Below are positions 1 through 14,260 of a stretch of 64,000 bases of DNA, in pieces. Each line of letters starts with the position of its first letter. Position 1 is the stretch's first letter. This DNA comes from Octopus vulgaris (lineage: Eukaryota): positions 84,320,001 to 84,384,000 of the forward strand of contig OX597815.1 of assembly GCA_951406725.2 (NCBI GenBank), in the 5' to 3' direction. The notes under the pieces were generated by a model. It was not told the DNA's origin and made no database searches. It was given only the letters and a program-made list of their open reading frames with translations. The translations under genes and the position numbers were made by a program.

Positions 1-25
1 TACATATATAGACACGCATATATAT

Positions 26-70
<45 letters not shown>

Positions 71-748
71 TACATGTGTGTGTGTAATTTTATATCTGAA
101 TGTGTATGTAAAGCTTTGACGCTTTTACGTAAAACTGCGTGCGTGTATGCGTGGGATGCGTGAATTCTTCTATGCGTGCGTGCATTTTTATGTGTGCGTG
201 TGTGTGTGTGTGTGTGCGCGCGCGCAAGGTTGTTTAAGTCTAAATGATGGTCTGTGTATATAAGCATTCGCAAGCTGTTGTTTTTTTGTTTTTATTCTTT
301 ACTTCTTTGGTGCACCCAATAGAATTGCTAAGAACGATATTTATCGATGCTTCATTAGCGGCTAAAGTAATCTACCATGAGAGTATAGCTCCATGCCAGT
401 AAAAGCCGAGGATATTCAAATCATGCATACATGCATAGTCATATTCACCTTTCAGCACAAACACTCCATTACAAACTTGACAAGCAGGTTGCGTATGTTT
501 ATACACACAGGCCATCTTTTAAACTTAAGCAACATTATTCACACACGCTCACGCATAAAAATCTACGCACACGTAGAAAAATTCACGCATCCCACGTACA
601 CACACGCAATTTTATGTATCTTAATGTAATTATTTTTTTGGGGGGGTGGGTAAAGGCTGACAGAGACTTCGAAGTTTCGGTTCACTTCCCCATATGCGCA
701 TTTATCTCCCTTTCTAAATATCTGTCTATATCCCTCAGCGTCTTGGTA

Positions 749-830
<82 letters not shown>

Positions 831-934
831 GGATGGATGGATGGATTGATGGATGGATGGATGGATGGATAGATAGATAGATAGATGGATGGATGGATGG
901 ATGGATGGTTGGATAGAAGGATACACAGATAGAT

Positions 935-995
<61 letters not shown>

Positions 996-1086
996 TGTAT
1001 GTGTGTATGTATGTATGTATGTGTGTATGTATGTATGTATGTATGTATGTATGTATGTATGTATGTATGTATGTATGTATGTATGT
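749..1086. repeat. Compound tetranucleotide microsatellite (GATA)n-(GGAT)n-(GATA)n-(GTAT)n
   Basis: Directly visible tandem repeats. Confidence 0.97.
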
Positions 1087-1479
1087 ACGTGGTTAACTTA
1101 ACCCTTCAGTACGTTTCACGCTGCATTAATTATGTCCTGCCGACTTAAAATGTGTTCTGTAGATTTTGATTTTTAACTGATTTTAATAAACAAGATTTCA
1201 ACATAAAATTTACTGTTCAAAGATTTGCTTCTTTTTCATTTTTTTAGCACAGCAGGCGATAAAATTTCAAGAACACTGTAACATCTTTGATATATAAAAT
1301 AAGTTTACTTGCTGAATGACACAAATTTTGCAAGTCAGACCGTTTGAGCCGCCAGCTCCTTTGAAACCGCTGGTTTAAATGATTAGTCAATCCGAAATGA
1401 AAACGACCATAGCTGCTCTTGCTTTACAGAATATCAATTTACTTCTCATCCAAAACTGTCAGTTCATCTTTATTGTACG

Positions 1480-1830
1480 TGTTGCATAGTCCTGCAGAAG
1501 TCCAAACAACGGCTTGAAGATTAACAAAGCTTTCGTTATATGTCCGTCACTTAAAAACCAAATGTGGCCAGCCGGGATTTGATATTTTCTTCTAAGCCTT
1601 GCATCATGACTTCCCCAGCTACACTCTTCATAAGACAAGGACGTCATATCGAAGACATATCAAACTACTAAGTAAGTGTCACCAGATGACTTTAAGGAGT
1701 ATCTTAAATGTCATCAGGAAATCTTTTACACGAGGCATACAAGTGCCGGAAGAAGCAGGCTGTCTCACGGTATGGAAGAGCACTTCCTCAAGTATCATAT
1801 CTCATGTAGGCTGAACATATCATCCGGCAT
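1480..1830 (+). mobile_element. Decayed RTE-clade LINE fragment (RT C-terminal region)
   Basis: ORF 1599-1814 reads RTSYRRHIKLLSKCHQMTLRSILNV...EEAG, matching the RTE/BovB pattern TWTxYRRHIKxLxxFHxRCLRxILNI...LxxAG. Boundaries are approximate. Confidence 0.6.
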
Positions 1831-2651
1831 GATATTTTCAAACATCTGAAACAATAACTTGACAGTAATTACTTCTATGTGTGCGCCTCCATTAGACTCC
1901 AAAAACATGTTTCTTCACATTATAGAAGAGAACTTTAAGCTATAAAATTGGAAATATTTTGCAATAAACTGAAATGAATGACAGTCTGTAAGCAGTAGGA
2001 GCGGTTTGCTGTTTGGGAAAAGTCGAATTGCCCATCAAATACTAAAGCGTATGACCCAAAACTGCAGCAGACCAGTGAGTCCAGTGTTATCATCAATCCC
2101 CCGTTAGAATCGTACTACACATTCAAAAATCTCCAAAGGTGATATATGAGAAAAGCAACGTGAGATGGTCATACACATAGTTTCAGCTACACCATTAATG
2201 CATAACTGTCTTTTATGTTCAAAGGTGTCCGTATGAACTAGCTAATGAATATCCATTTCCGACGAATGCATTGCGTGAACCCGCTCTTGACTGAATCGTT
2301 TGATGCATTTTAAACAGAAGACTTAAAACAAAACTAGAATTAGATGCTGAATTAAGTGCTCATAGCAGAAAATCTATCAAATATGTTATATATATCCGTG
2401 TCAGTAGTACAGAAGTGATTATGAACGATCAAGAGTTGACTTACGCCACAAATGTAGATATAGATATGTGTGAGCGTGTGCGTGTGTGCGTGTGTGTGTG
2501 TGCATGTGCGTGTGTGGGCGTGCATCTATATGTGTGTGCGTACGTCTGTGTGTGTGTGCATGAGTGTTTGTATGTATATATATTTTCTGGGAATTCACTG
2601 AATCTCAATATATTTTTTAATATATCTATCTATATATATATATATATATAT

Positions 2652-2718
<67 letters not shown>

Positions 2719-4269
2719 TATATACGCACACAGGCATACTCACATACATAAACACGCACTATTAAATACACTTTTCAGCATATTCTTTGTGTTACTAGAG
2801 CATCGCTTAATACCCTGACGTAAAGTAAATATAATATGATTTCGAATACCCGAAAATATAGACACTGCAAATACCCAGAGAAGTACGACTATTAATATCA
2901 ATACCTATGCAGACGAAGGTATTTCATCACAAACATGTAACTGGTAATAAGCTATATATAAATTTACCGCAGGCACGGCACGTAATTCGCAGCTTTACAG
3001 TGCAGGTCAAAATTGTCTTTTAATATGGATTTTGGATTATACTGTTATTGGCTTCGTGATAGTACGTTTGTTACTTTACAATTAGCGGCTAGATAGCTAT
3101 AGGATTAATGAGTAGGTAGTCCAATACTCTATCTACTGACTCGCTTTGCTTCTACATGCTTATTGATGAAATCCCTAAGAATCGTCGTAGATGTCTTCGA
3201 ACGATTTAAAGGTTTAAAATTGAATTGTTATCAACAGGATACACTTTCAAATGCTCAGCATGGAATTAACGTTGTGTAACTGACTTGTGTTTTGTTACTG
3301 CTACTGTTTATACTAACGAGAGTCTGGATCGACAGAATTTTCATCAAAGTCTTGTATCTAGCGTCATCCTTTCATTTTAAATATATATAGTATACATTAG
3401 CCAATTTAGGAATTCACTTCTCAAGACCGTTGAGTGTTATTGAATTGTTATTTTGTTATTTTCAACGTGTCAGAAAACCACCTACATGTTCTTACTGAGA
3501 CAGATCTAAATATAATCTCTTCCTTAAAATGTGAAGGCCTTAAAAATATATCAACCGGACTCTACAATACCTAGTAAAAGGTGAAAATATAATAAAATAA
3601 ACAAATGAAGATGCTACATTGTTCCAGTAAGCAGCGAACTGTAAAATGTTCAGAAAATCAGACAGCCAAGAAACCGATCAAATTATAATTAATTAGCTGG
3701 AGCAAAAATGGTTGAATAATTAGTTCTAGGTTCAAGTCCAGTAAATACCGAAAAGAACTGTTACAGTTTGTGAAAAAAATTAATTAGAATGGAAGATTAA
3801 AGCAAATTTCATTGATAATTTATTTTTATATTGAAATGTGTTTTGTTATTCCTTTCTATGTTATTGTTTCCTTTAAATATATTTGGTTTTCTGGAAGAAG
3901 CATAATTGAATGACTAATATTGTTGTACATACAAAAAGTTATTTACTCCAAAAAATGCTCCCCGTGCAAAGAATTGGCAGATCGATCTTAAGGTGCGGCC
4001 AAGTATAACTAATGAGTAAATGTTTAATTCGATTTGTGATTCATATAAATGTTATCAATCTGTTTCGTTTGACTTCATTCGGTAGATATGCAAGCGAGTA
4101 TACACGTATCTATATGTATATGTGTGTGAGTGTATGCGTGTGAGTGAGTATCTGCGTGTGTGCGCACGCACGCACGGGTATGTATATGTACGTATACACG
4201 TACGTGTATGTATATGTATGCATATGTATCTATACACACATACATACACATGCATACATACATATATAC

Positions 4270-4312
<43 letters not shown>

Positions 4313-4364
4313 CATTGATAGATAGATAGACTGATAGAGAGAGAGAGACAGACAGAGACAGAGG

Positions 4365-4408
<44 letters not shown>

Positions 4409-4440
4409 CACACACACGCAGATACACACGCACATATGTA

Positions 4441-4471
<31 letters not shown>

Positions 4472-5894
4472 GTCTGTGTGTGTGTGAGTGTGTGTGTGTA
4501 GTATGTGTATTGTGTATGTGCGTGTGTGTATACATGTTTATATTTATAGTCATGTCTATTTGCGGTAATGAGCGATCATCAATATTTCTAGCTAAACAGC
4601 AAAGACATCCTAACTACAAAATATTTTCAGCAAAATTTCAAGGATGAAAAGTAAATGAATTCTATACGCATTCAACCGCAATCACATCCACGACTACTCC
4701 AAAACACCATCATAATTTTTACAACCACCACCATCTCTACCACAGCTCCTAACAACAACAAATACTATATATTGCTATGAACATTACCCTAACTTCACAA
4801 TTTAGTATAATCATTCACTGCACTTTCTTAGTTTCACACCACCGTCCCCACCACCAGCTTCATGATACAATCGTACCCTCTTTTGTCTCGCTCTTGCACT
4901 TTTATTACTACTACCAGCAATTACTTCATTACCACCGCACTTATCATCATCAGAACTACTTTCAGAAATCCTACTGCAGGACAGTTATTACTGTCATTAT
5001 TAAGACCATAACCACTCTGATCACTCCCATCGCCACTGTCTGTACTTTGCCGCTGCGAAATGCTGACGGTGGTGGTGGTAGTGATGGTGTTACTGCCCTC
5101 AGCAGGCGCGGCTTCTATTATTGATATCAGCTACATCTAACGAAGGAAACGTCACTGCATTTTCCATCTGCGTCATCAAAGCTATCACCAATTCCACAAC
5201 CAAGAACAGCCATACCATTATTATATTGAACAGCTCCACCATCATTATTATTACCTTTATTATGACCGTTACCACCAACAACAACGCAACCATTACAGTC
5301 TCTACTATTATGTGATCGTAATCAAGACTACTAACAATTAGGGACCTTATACGAGGTCTTTTGACCTGTTAGATACAACAGTCTCATCCCCGCTGCTTCA
5401 TACCCAACATTCTTATAAAAAAAAAGGAAGATTAAACTGGCTAATGTGTTTCTAAATACGTTACGTCTGGAAATCAAATACATGATCAAGAATGGAGAGC
5501 CTTTGATCATAGACCTTCTCAAGGGCTGACCTGGGGCTAAAGAACAACAATCACTACTACCGCCGTTATTATTAGCATCTTTCTAGTCGCCACTATGAAA
5601 CACCATCACGATTTCTGTTTTTGCCATCACAGTTATTAATCGCGACTACCATTGAAGACCACAGCAACAACAAGCAGACTGTCATTTATAAAAAAAAAAA
5701 AGGGAAAGGATACATTCAATAATGTGACCTTAAATACACTGTATCTCTAAAAGTAAGGTGAGTTGCATTATGGAGAGAATGCTTTTAATTATAGGTCTCC
5801 TCGATCGATCATTGGTTTACTTGATCACAGGATCGACTTGAGTCTAAATAGCAGCAGAAAAAACAAACAGCAACAACAACAGCAATAATAATGG

Positions 5895-5928
<34 letters not shown>

Positions 5929-8900
5929 AATGATGATAATAATAATAATAATAATAATAACAACAACAACAACAAAACATCATCACCATGAGCTGAACAC
6001 AACTCTAGATCCATGACTAGCATAATAATAAACAATGCCACCACTTCTAAATATGGCTGCCACGAATAATTTTTCCATGGCAGCTATTGATAACATTCAC
6101 TTCAACAACATCATTGCTACTAGTCCCTTACCTGTACTGTCATTATAGCTATTACATTAGCAATAACAAGCCGTAAGATGAACAACACTAAGAATTCGTC
6201 TAACAATCAATATATCAGTAACAAGGGTAATTCCGCCGCTAACATCTTTAATAATATCAGCACTATTGCTTCTAACATAGGGCCAAAGCGTGAAATTTAG
6301 CTGAAGGGTATAGTTGAATATGTCTACAGTAGTACTTGACAGATGCGTTACTTGACCGAAGAGACAAACGCAAAGTCATCTCAGAGAGAGTTGAATTTGG
6401 TACGTAAAAAGCCAGAACAAATCCATACATGAATACAGATCCTATATTTGTTTCGTAGAGTCTACTAGTTAACGGTGTGCTAAGCATATGTTGTATTTTA
6501 TTGAAAGCTGATTGAAAATTTATATAAAGTCAACTAAAATGCAATGCATTCTTTACGACGTTGTAGCGGTTCTGCCAATCATTTGCCCTAATAGTGATAG
6601 CAATATAAAACAAGAATAACAGCAAAAACGAAAATGAGAAATTAAAAGATTGTCGTCCATTTGCATTTTCAACAGTAGCAACCAGATCAACGAGAAGCCA
6701 ACAGTACGGACCACAAACACAAAGAAACTTTGAGGGTACTAGGAATCAGCCGAAAATAGTAAAATAAAAAAAGCAGCAATGAAGAATCCATGACTACTTC
6801 TAAAATTCTGTTGCAGTGATGACATCAATATTGCTTATTTCTTTACACACTGGGATGAGGAGTGTAAACGTTTTCGAAGAAAAGAGACAAAAAAGAAAGA
6901 AAAGAAAAGAAATATTAGAATAAGTATCATGTTGCAGGATAAATTAATACCCATCCGAAATATGTAATTAAATTATAATGACTTTCCTTTATCAGCAACT
7001 GGGTGGTGAGATTCTCATATATGTAAGATTGGAATGGAGGGAGCTCTTGGGAAGAGCTTTGCCATAGAATCATTGTATATCGATGGCATCTGCATTGTTG
7101 TTCCTATATATGACCGTAATATGTTAAGAAATCCATAAGTGTGCCATTAATCTAGTGTCTCATGATTTGGGGGTGGATGTGGGACGGGGTTCCTTTGTAT
7201 CTAACATCAAAGGACAATGAAAATGCTTCCTACCCACCGGACATGTAGCTATTAATAGTATTTTTGAGATTTCTTTTAAGTGATCTCTTGTTTTCTTATT
7301 ACTCGTTTTTAATATTTCAGTCACATTGACACCTTACATTGCCTTTCAGGTTGGTGAGAGAGAGCAAGCTATACGCATGTCACAAGCCTGGTCTTAATGC
7401 TTGCAACAGAGTTAATACTACACAAAAAAAAACATAGAAGAGTGTTGTTAAATCGAGCAACGGATTACCTGTACCACCCGATTTGACGACAGAGCGATTT
7501 CAAATCACGACGCAAAGAATCAGAACAAATAACGCAAAGTATCTACTCCTCCAATACTCTAACGCTTCTGTCAATCCACCTTCCAAAGTTAGTAGTTTAT
7601 TTATAAGACCTAGAAAGTTAAAAAGTTAAGTTGTTCTCAGAGCAATCTGTATTCAGAGTGCTGGAATAAATAGAGCCAAGTACTTCACTCAAAATTCAAA
7701 CGACTCTACCAATTCACCGCATACTTGATTACTTAATAACAATCTTAATAAAAATATTTCCCTGCTAATGTTTTTTCTCGATACAGAAGTCCTAGCTACA
7801 TATAAACTACGATCAACTCAATAATCTAGCAGTTTTCCGAATGTTATATGCCCTACTTCATCTAGCAATATCGCGTTTTACAAACAGCACGTCTTCCTAA
7901 CACTCTACATTGCTTTAAACACGTTTTTCAAACTGAAGAAAAGCATGTACTCAATGTAAAGATGGTGAAAAGGTTTTCTCCTAGTTTTCTTGTTTTTCGA
8001 AAACAGTTAATGCTGTCAGTATATGAGTACGCATGTCATATTTGAATTGAAAACTCTACTATTTAAATGCGTGCTAAGCATGTGCTGTATCTTATTTAAT
8101 TAACTTAAAGTTGGATGAAAATGTTTTGTTTACTCATTTGAAAGTTAGTATGAAATTAAATAAAATACACGCTTCAGTTAAAATTCCAAATTAAAAGATA
8201 AACATGATATTTATAATAAATTTAGTGCGGAATCCGAGCATCACTTAGTTATCTCATCTCCAACAGAAGAATAGATCTAGAGAAATTTATAAGAGGAGTG
8301 AAATTGCTTTGTAAAACAATAAAATTAATATGTCACACCTTCGAAATTCTTAGTGTGTCACGTTAGATAGATAACAAAAACAAATTTGCAATTTAGGTCA
8401 AAGCACTAACACATCATGTTGAATGTAAAGAAAATCGATAAGAAACAATCGCAAGATAATTGGTGATGATAATTGTAAAGTGTTGAAAAAGGTCACAGAA
8501 ATTTTGCACAGTATCGAGGTACGGAATCTAAATATGTTCCTGCAATCAATCGTAAAAAAAATAAACCAACAATTACTTAACGTGTAAGACGCATATTTCG
8601 CTGTTTCGCAAACCTGCTTAATTGTTTGCCGATATATACTTACAGTGACAAACTCTGAAAGAAGTTATATGCTTTTAGCATATTAAGGCATAAATACGAT
8701 TTCCATTCTCTACTAATTAATGTTAATTTATACTAAATGGGACTGTGCAATTGGCTTTGAAATACACATCGTACTAAAATACTATCTGAAAATGGCGCAT
8801 ACTCTTGATACTGAATCTTGGATTCCATTCTTGGTTGAAATTGCATATCATTGATTGGCTAAATTAAAACGTGTACGTCACAATATATTTCTTCCCTTTT

Positions 8901-9744
8901 TTTCTAACTGGATGGAGGGCAAGTATGCAGAAACTGCAGACAACTGGACTAAATATGGTGCCAGATTTACTTCTGTGTTTCTAATATTTCGCAAAACTGG
9001 AGATAACGGTATGCGGAGATAGAAATACGAGGCTCAAATCTGGTTAACGAAATTAACTTCCCATACACCACAATATACCTCGGCTTGTATATCTAATAGC
9101 CACCATTTTTATCAACGCTAACCCTCTACGAAGTAACAGGTCACCTCATAAGTAATGTCCGAATTTTGAATAAGGAAAAACTTGATCTAATTTTACATTT
9201 TATTAAAACTTTCAAAAGTTGAACATTACCATCACCGTATCAAAATAACAAATAACAGAGGGTATTCCATGGCCAAGACCAAAAGACCTACTCACTGGAA
9301 AAAAAGAAAATGTTAGCACCTAATGTCAAACATACTACCTTCGTCAACAGAGATCTTAAAAAACATTTAAACAGCACAAAAACACAACCACAGTACATCG
9401 AGTAAAAAGCCATTCACCAGCCTTTCTGCATGCATATACGACACAAGCCTAAACTTCTCACACTGGCTTTAAAGTCTAATGCGACCATAGATATGCGTAT
9501 ATGTAATATAGCATCAAAACGTGCATGAAAGAGACGACAAGGCTTGTGGTTTCAGAGTGAAACTCTCTACTCGGAATATAACGAATATTTCAATACAGCT
9601 CAGATGTCATTGATAGTGTTATTACTGACCGGTAGAAAATTCACTCGCCCGCATGCTTAAACGCTTAGATAAGAGATGCTGTTTGTGTCTTTTTTCTGAC
9701 TTTAGCGCTTAGTCTGAACTAATCAATAGTAAGTATACTGACTT

Positions 9745-9888
9745 GAAACTTTGGCGCAATGCCAACACTTTCGGTGGGAAAGGTGAGTCGATTACATCGA
9801 CCATAGTAATTATTTTATCGACTCCGAAAGGATGAAAGGCAAAATCGAATTCTAGGAATTTGAACTCAGAAAGTTAAGACGAATGAAA
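9745..9888 (-). mobile_element. Partial tRNA-derived SINE (Nin-domain-like octopus family)
   Basis: Contains tttatcgactccgaaaggatgaaaggcaaa...gaatttgaactcagaa, the reverse complement of the core seen in the copies at 46677-47302. Confidence 0.75.
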
Positions 9889-9890
9889 GA

Positions 9891-10437
9891 GTAGACAATG
9901 TGACCCTCTTGGTAAGTGGATGTGAGAGCCTCGCACAAAAAGAATACAAGTGCCGCCATGATAAAGTGCGTGTATATCTTCATTGACTCTTATGCCGTAA
10001 AAACCATTATGAAATAACAGAGAACTGATATGAGCATATACCAAGTAAAGTTATTCAGGAGGATGGACGAGTAACGATACTCTGGGACTATGATTTTCAA
10101 TCGGATCATTTAATCGAACACCGTCGGTCGGATATTGTCATATTGATTAGGAGAGACGAATGCTGTCAGATCATTAATGTAGCCATACCAAATGATGTGA
10201 ATGTTGTGAGTAAAGAGGTTGAGAAAATCACCAAGTACTCCGAATTAAAAGTGGAAATAAATAGCAAGACTATATGGACAGCGAGAGGGTAAAGTAAAAG
10301 TGATACCAGTAGTGATCGGAGCATTGGTCTCAATCTCATTGAAACTTCAAACGTCTTAAGGCAACTGGAAATCTCATGCAATATTGATCTCTTGCAAAAA
10401 AGCAGCCTTATTAGGCACAGTGCAATTTTTAAGGAAT

Positions 10438-10440
<3 letters not shown>
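9891..10440 (+). mobile_element. R4/Dong-type non-LTR retrotransposon 3' fragment (restriction-like endonuclease domain), pseudogenised
   Basis: Manual translation: LVSGCESLAQKEYKCRHDKV...ILWDYDFQSDHLIEHRRSDIVI...IINVAIP...EKITKYSELKVEI, with in-frame stops. Homologous to ORF 60877-61605. Confidence 0.85.
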
Positions 10441-10472
<32 letters not shown>

Positions 10473-10748
10473 GAGTGAATGAGCTGTGCATGCCATCAAA
10501 GTGACACTGCGGTAAAATATACAAAGCCCAGTATACCCATCATGACTACCCGTCTGATAAGGGTACACCAGGCACATGCATCACAACCATATGCGTGCGA
10601 TATGGTGATCGCATATCAAGATAAACAGCGCATGACCTTGTAGGTGTGCCTAGTCAGAACTTTCTTCTGGTCGAGTAGCCCATTCCGCTCAAAAGGTTCC
10701 TGATTAAGGATTGGTTAAAGATGTTGAATGAACCACCCATGTTTCCAT
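10440..10748 (-). mobile_element. Probable 3' end (UTR plus (TAA)n tail) of a non-LTR element
   Basis: About 280 bp of higher-GC sequence ending on the minus strand in (TAA)n at 10440-10472, with another TTA/TTG tract on the other side. It resembles a recurrent octopus repeat (recognition only). Confidence 0.45.
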
Positions 10749-10866
10749 TATTAGTATTGTTGTTGTTGTTGTTGTTGATGATGATGATGTTGTTGTTTTT
10801 GTTGTTGCTGTTATTTTAGGGCGTCCCTCAGGACGCCCTAGTTAGATAAATATTATTATTGTTATG

Positions 10867-10928
<62 letters not shown>

Positions 10929-10959
10929 CATTATTATTATTATTATTATACTCATAACA

Positions 10960-11500
10960 GAATTGTTGTGGAGGAGTGTTGCATAGTAACGTGTGTAAAT
11001 CATAAATCAACCATTTCATTGTATTCGTGATTATCTGTCCATCGTTTTTTTTATTTGTTCGGGCAGTGGCATTAAGAGATGGGTCCGTTTGTATAGAATA
11101 CTGCCCATGGACATGTGTTGATGTTTCTTTCGTATTTATAATTATTACTGTTGTATAAACGAGAGACCGAGAAGAAACAGCAATGTCTATATATAAAGAG
11201 GATTTGTACAGATATAGATATGGTTGCATATGTGATTAAAATTTTACTTACAGCTTTGCAGTTTTCGTATAGAGGTATTGTAGTCCATGTGTTTACATTT
11301 TCATGCACGTTTTGTTTTGCTGTGGTGGGGCATCTGAAGGAAGCTATTTTTATATATACTCCATACAAGAAAAATCTTTCAGTTTCCTGAGATGGCTGAC
11401 ATTAAAACATTTTTCTTTCATTGCTTTTGAGGATTCTTAATTCCTGCTTCATGATGGCTTCAGATATCATCTATTTTCTCGGCAGTTCACTGTCACACGT
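10960..11500 (-). mobile_element. Very decayed non-LTR RT fragment (R4-like)
   Basis: The minus strand gives LVWSIYKNSFLQMPHHS (about AWIDYKKAFDSVPHS) and NVNTWTT (about MxxWxT). Many disablements. Confidence 0.35.
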
Positions 11501-12149
11501 CCATGCTGTTTGTTATTCGCTGGTGATGGTGTCATTGTCACTCGTCGCCCTTGTAATGGATTTCGGGCTGTGTTTAAGCGCAGAGGCGTCCAGAAATGAC
11601 ATGCCGAGAGGACTTGTCTCAATGAATATATAATTTTAAATAATTCCCCGGTGGTAGCAGAACACATACTCGAGCGGTGCTACATCAAGTTTACGGAAGA
11701 ATTGGTTCAGCAAGGCAGAAAACTTAATTGCTACACGGATGACGGCAAGGATCATCTGCAAGCGACGAAAGGAAAAGCAGCAAAGTTATCATCAACATCA
11801 TTGTGCTCCTACTTCAACGGCACTGTCCGGTACAATACTGATTCAAACAGCGATGATAACATCACACCTAGTTTCACAAACTGACATCAGCAAGCCGAGG
11901 AACCTTCCAAGTAGCAAACGAGACGTGTAGAAATAGAACATGAATCCTAAAAATAGAGACGTGATTAAACAATAGCTACACAGAACAAGTGAGGGAGCCC
12001 ACTCTTCCCGGAAGAAACACAGATCAAGAATCACCTCCATCTTGGAAGACATGAAATTTATGCTGGCGTGGAATATTCGACAAATATTTTATTTATATCA
12101 TCCTAACAACTTGCAGAGGAACGGAACTGAGAATTATTGCAGAGTGTAT

Positions 12150-14260
12150 TTCCAGCGCAGCCAGATTACTGTGACTGTCACTTCATACTTTTATAGTCAG
12201 CCGGTTTTTAAGATAGCCTCTAAAAGTGTTTAGTTCGATGCTTGTTTGTCTTCTCATAACATTTTTATTGAAGTCTACTGCGGTTTAAAATGTCAGTTTA
12301 AAGTTTATGAAATAAGACAGGAAGTAATGCATTTCTATTTATGTTCTGATAGAAATCATGTTAGCTTTTGACTCTATCCTTGCTTTTGAATGCAGAACTG
12401 CTTCCCAATTTAATCATGGTGTATTTAATGTTCCTGTTTGTGTTACCTTACTCATGACTGATGTGTTCAGGATGAACATGCGGGCCACACTATGAAAAAC
12501 GTTTTGGTAGTTTATCTAAGTCATATTAAGAAATTTTTGAACAAATCATATTTGTTTAAATATATTTCTTCTCCACATTTGAACATACCATTATCTTTAC
12601 ATTCATATGTTTCAATGCAACATAACTTTTGATATAGAAATATACTTATTTTCCCAAGTAATTCTTTACCTCATTTGATAATATTTCAGTTAGAATAATT
12701 TTCATAATATAAATAATTTATCGGTCTATAGATATTCGATTATGCATTTTCGTTAATCCAGATTATTAAAAAGGACGTTTTTACCCTCTCTGAGGCCAAC
12801 CAGTATCTTGTGTTGTTTATTTTCATGGAGGTTGTTAAATATACCAACAAAATTTTGAGATTTTATCATGATATTATCTAATAGTGCTTCTGTTCTTCCT
12901 TTTATTGCTTCCTTTAACTGTTCTACTGCAAAACATTCGTTGTTAAATTCGTTTGTTGAACTAAAACAAAATACACTTCAGAATTCAGCATCACATTCTG
13001 TTGGTGCAGCATTGATCTCTATCTAGTTTTTAACTACTTCTTGGTAAAATCATCTTTTTTGATAATTAAAACGACATGCGATTTGCAATTTAGTGTGTAT
13101 GTTCGAATGTGGAGAAGAAATATATTTAATCCATGATTTGTTTAAAAAGTTTTTACTATGGCTTAGATGAACTACCAAAACGTTTTTAATAGTGTTGCCC
13201 GCATATTGATCCTGAACACACTAGTCATGAGTAAGGTAACACAAATAAAAAGCAGGAACATTAAATATACTATTTAAAGTCTCAAGCTTCCTTTCATTTC
13301 AGACCTTTTCTTGACTATATCATACTTTTACAGCATTTCTCTCTCCGTTGTTCTTTAATTATGTCTTTTTGTTATTGATTAAGTTATAGTACGAAATATC
13401 TTTTAAATTTGTTAATTTATTTTTGCATGTTTGTTTTCTACTGTGATTGCTTGGGTATTGATATCCTTATATGAATATATGTGAGGGGGAATCAATTACC
13501 TTTGTATCCCCTTTATATTACTGTTCATATTATTTGGTGTCACCTCATGATATTGATTGCATTTCTTTACTTTAGTTCTGCGCTGGAAAGGCTTCCTTAC
13601 TGTAAATGTTTTTGCCATTTTATCGTTATTTATTATCGTTAGAAGTTACTTTCGCTGAACCATTGCAACATCTAAGGATTTTAATTATTTAACTACTTCT
13701 TCTATTTAAAAAATGTTCTATTCTTAAATCTTTCTAATATTCCCATTTGTTCATTGTTTTTATTATTTTTTTTCGGTTTCTGTTTTTCAGAATTCTGCAG
13801 GTGTTTGGGGGGTTTGTTTTTGTTGTTTCACGTTTCAGTTTTTCTCAAACATTGATTTGATTTCTGTTGGTTCCTTTACTTTTTATTCCCGTAGTCTAAA
13901 ATAAATTGTTGAGCTCATGGACTTTGCAGGTTCTTGAATGTTTTCAATTTGAAAGGTTCAGAGCTTTTATTCTTGTTTGTTTTTTGTTGAATATTTGTGT
14001 ACTCATAATATGTTCTTTCTCTTGAGATTTCTTTTTGTGAGTGTAATATCTTTCTGTTTATTTTTAAATTTAACTTCTTAAATTAGCTATTCTGTTAAGA
14101 ACCAAAACTTACTTTGAAATCAGGATTATTTTCTCTACAAAGATTGTCCGAAAATTCACTCACAGTTTCATTTTTTGCAGAAGAGTTTTGACGTAGAAAA
14201 TGCAAAAAATATAGAAACACATTCCTCTTGTAATATTTTTATAGCTTTTCCGTTTTATTT
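12150..14260 (-). mobile_element. Old R4/Dong-type LINE, N-terminal domain through RT, heavily decayed
   Basis: Motifs in the expected order on the minus strand: CRENNPDF (about WRERNP) near 14120-14140; NIYRPINYL (about NYRPITCL) near 12725; ETYECKD (about GSYGCKD) near 12600; LNMT*INYQNVFHSVAR (about LSMAWIDYKKAFDSVPH) near 12500. Confidence 0.6.
12419..13270. repeat. Inverted repeat of about 170 bp (12419-12588 / 13097-13270)
   Basis: gtatttaatgttcctg...ttctccacatttgaacatac is the reverse complement of gtatgttcgaatgtggagaa...caggaacattaaatatac, with scattered mismatches. Confidence 0.9.
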
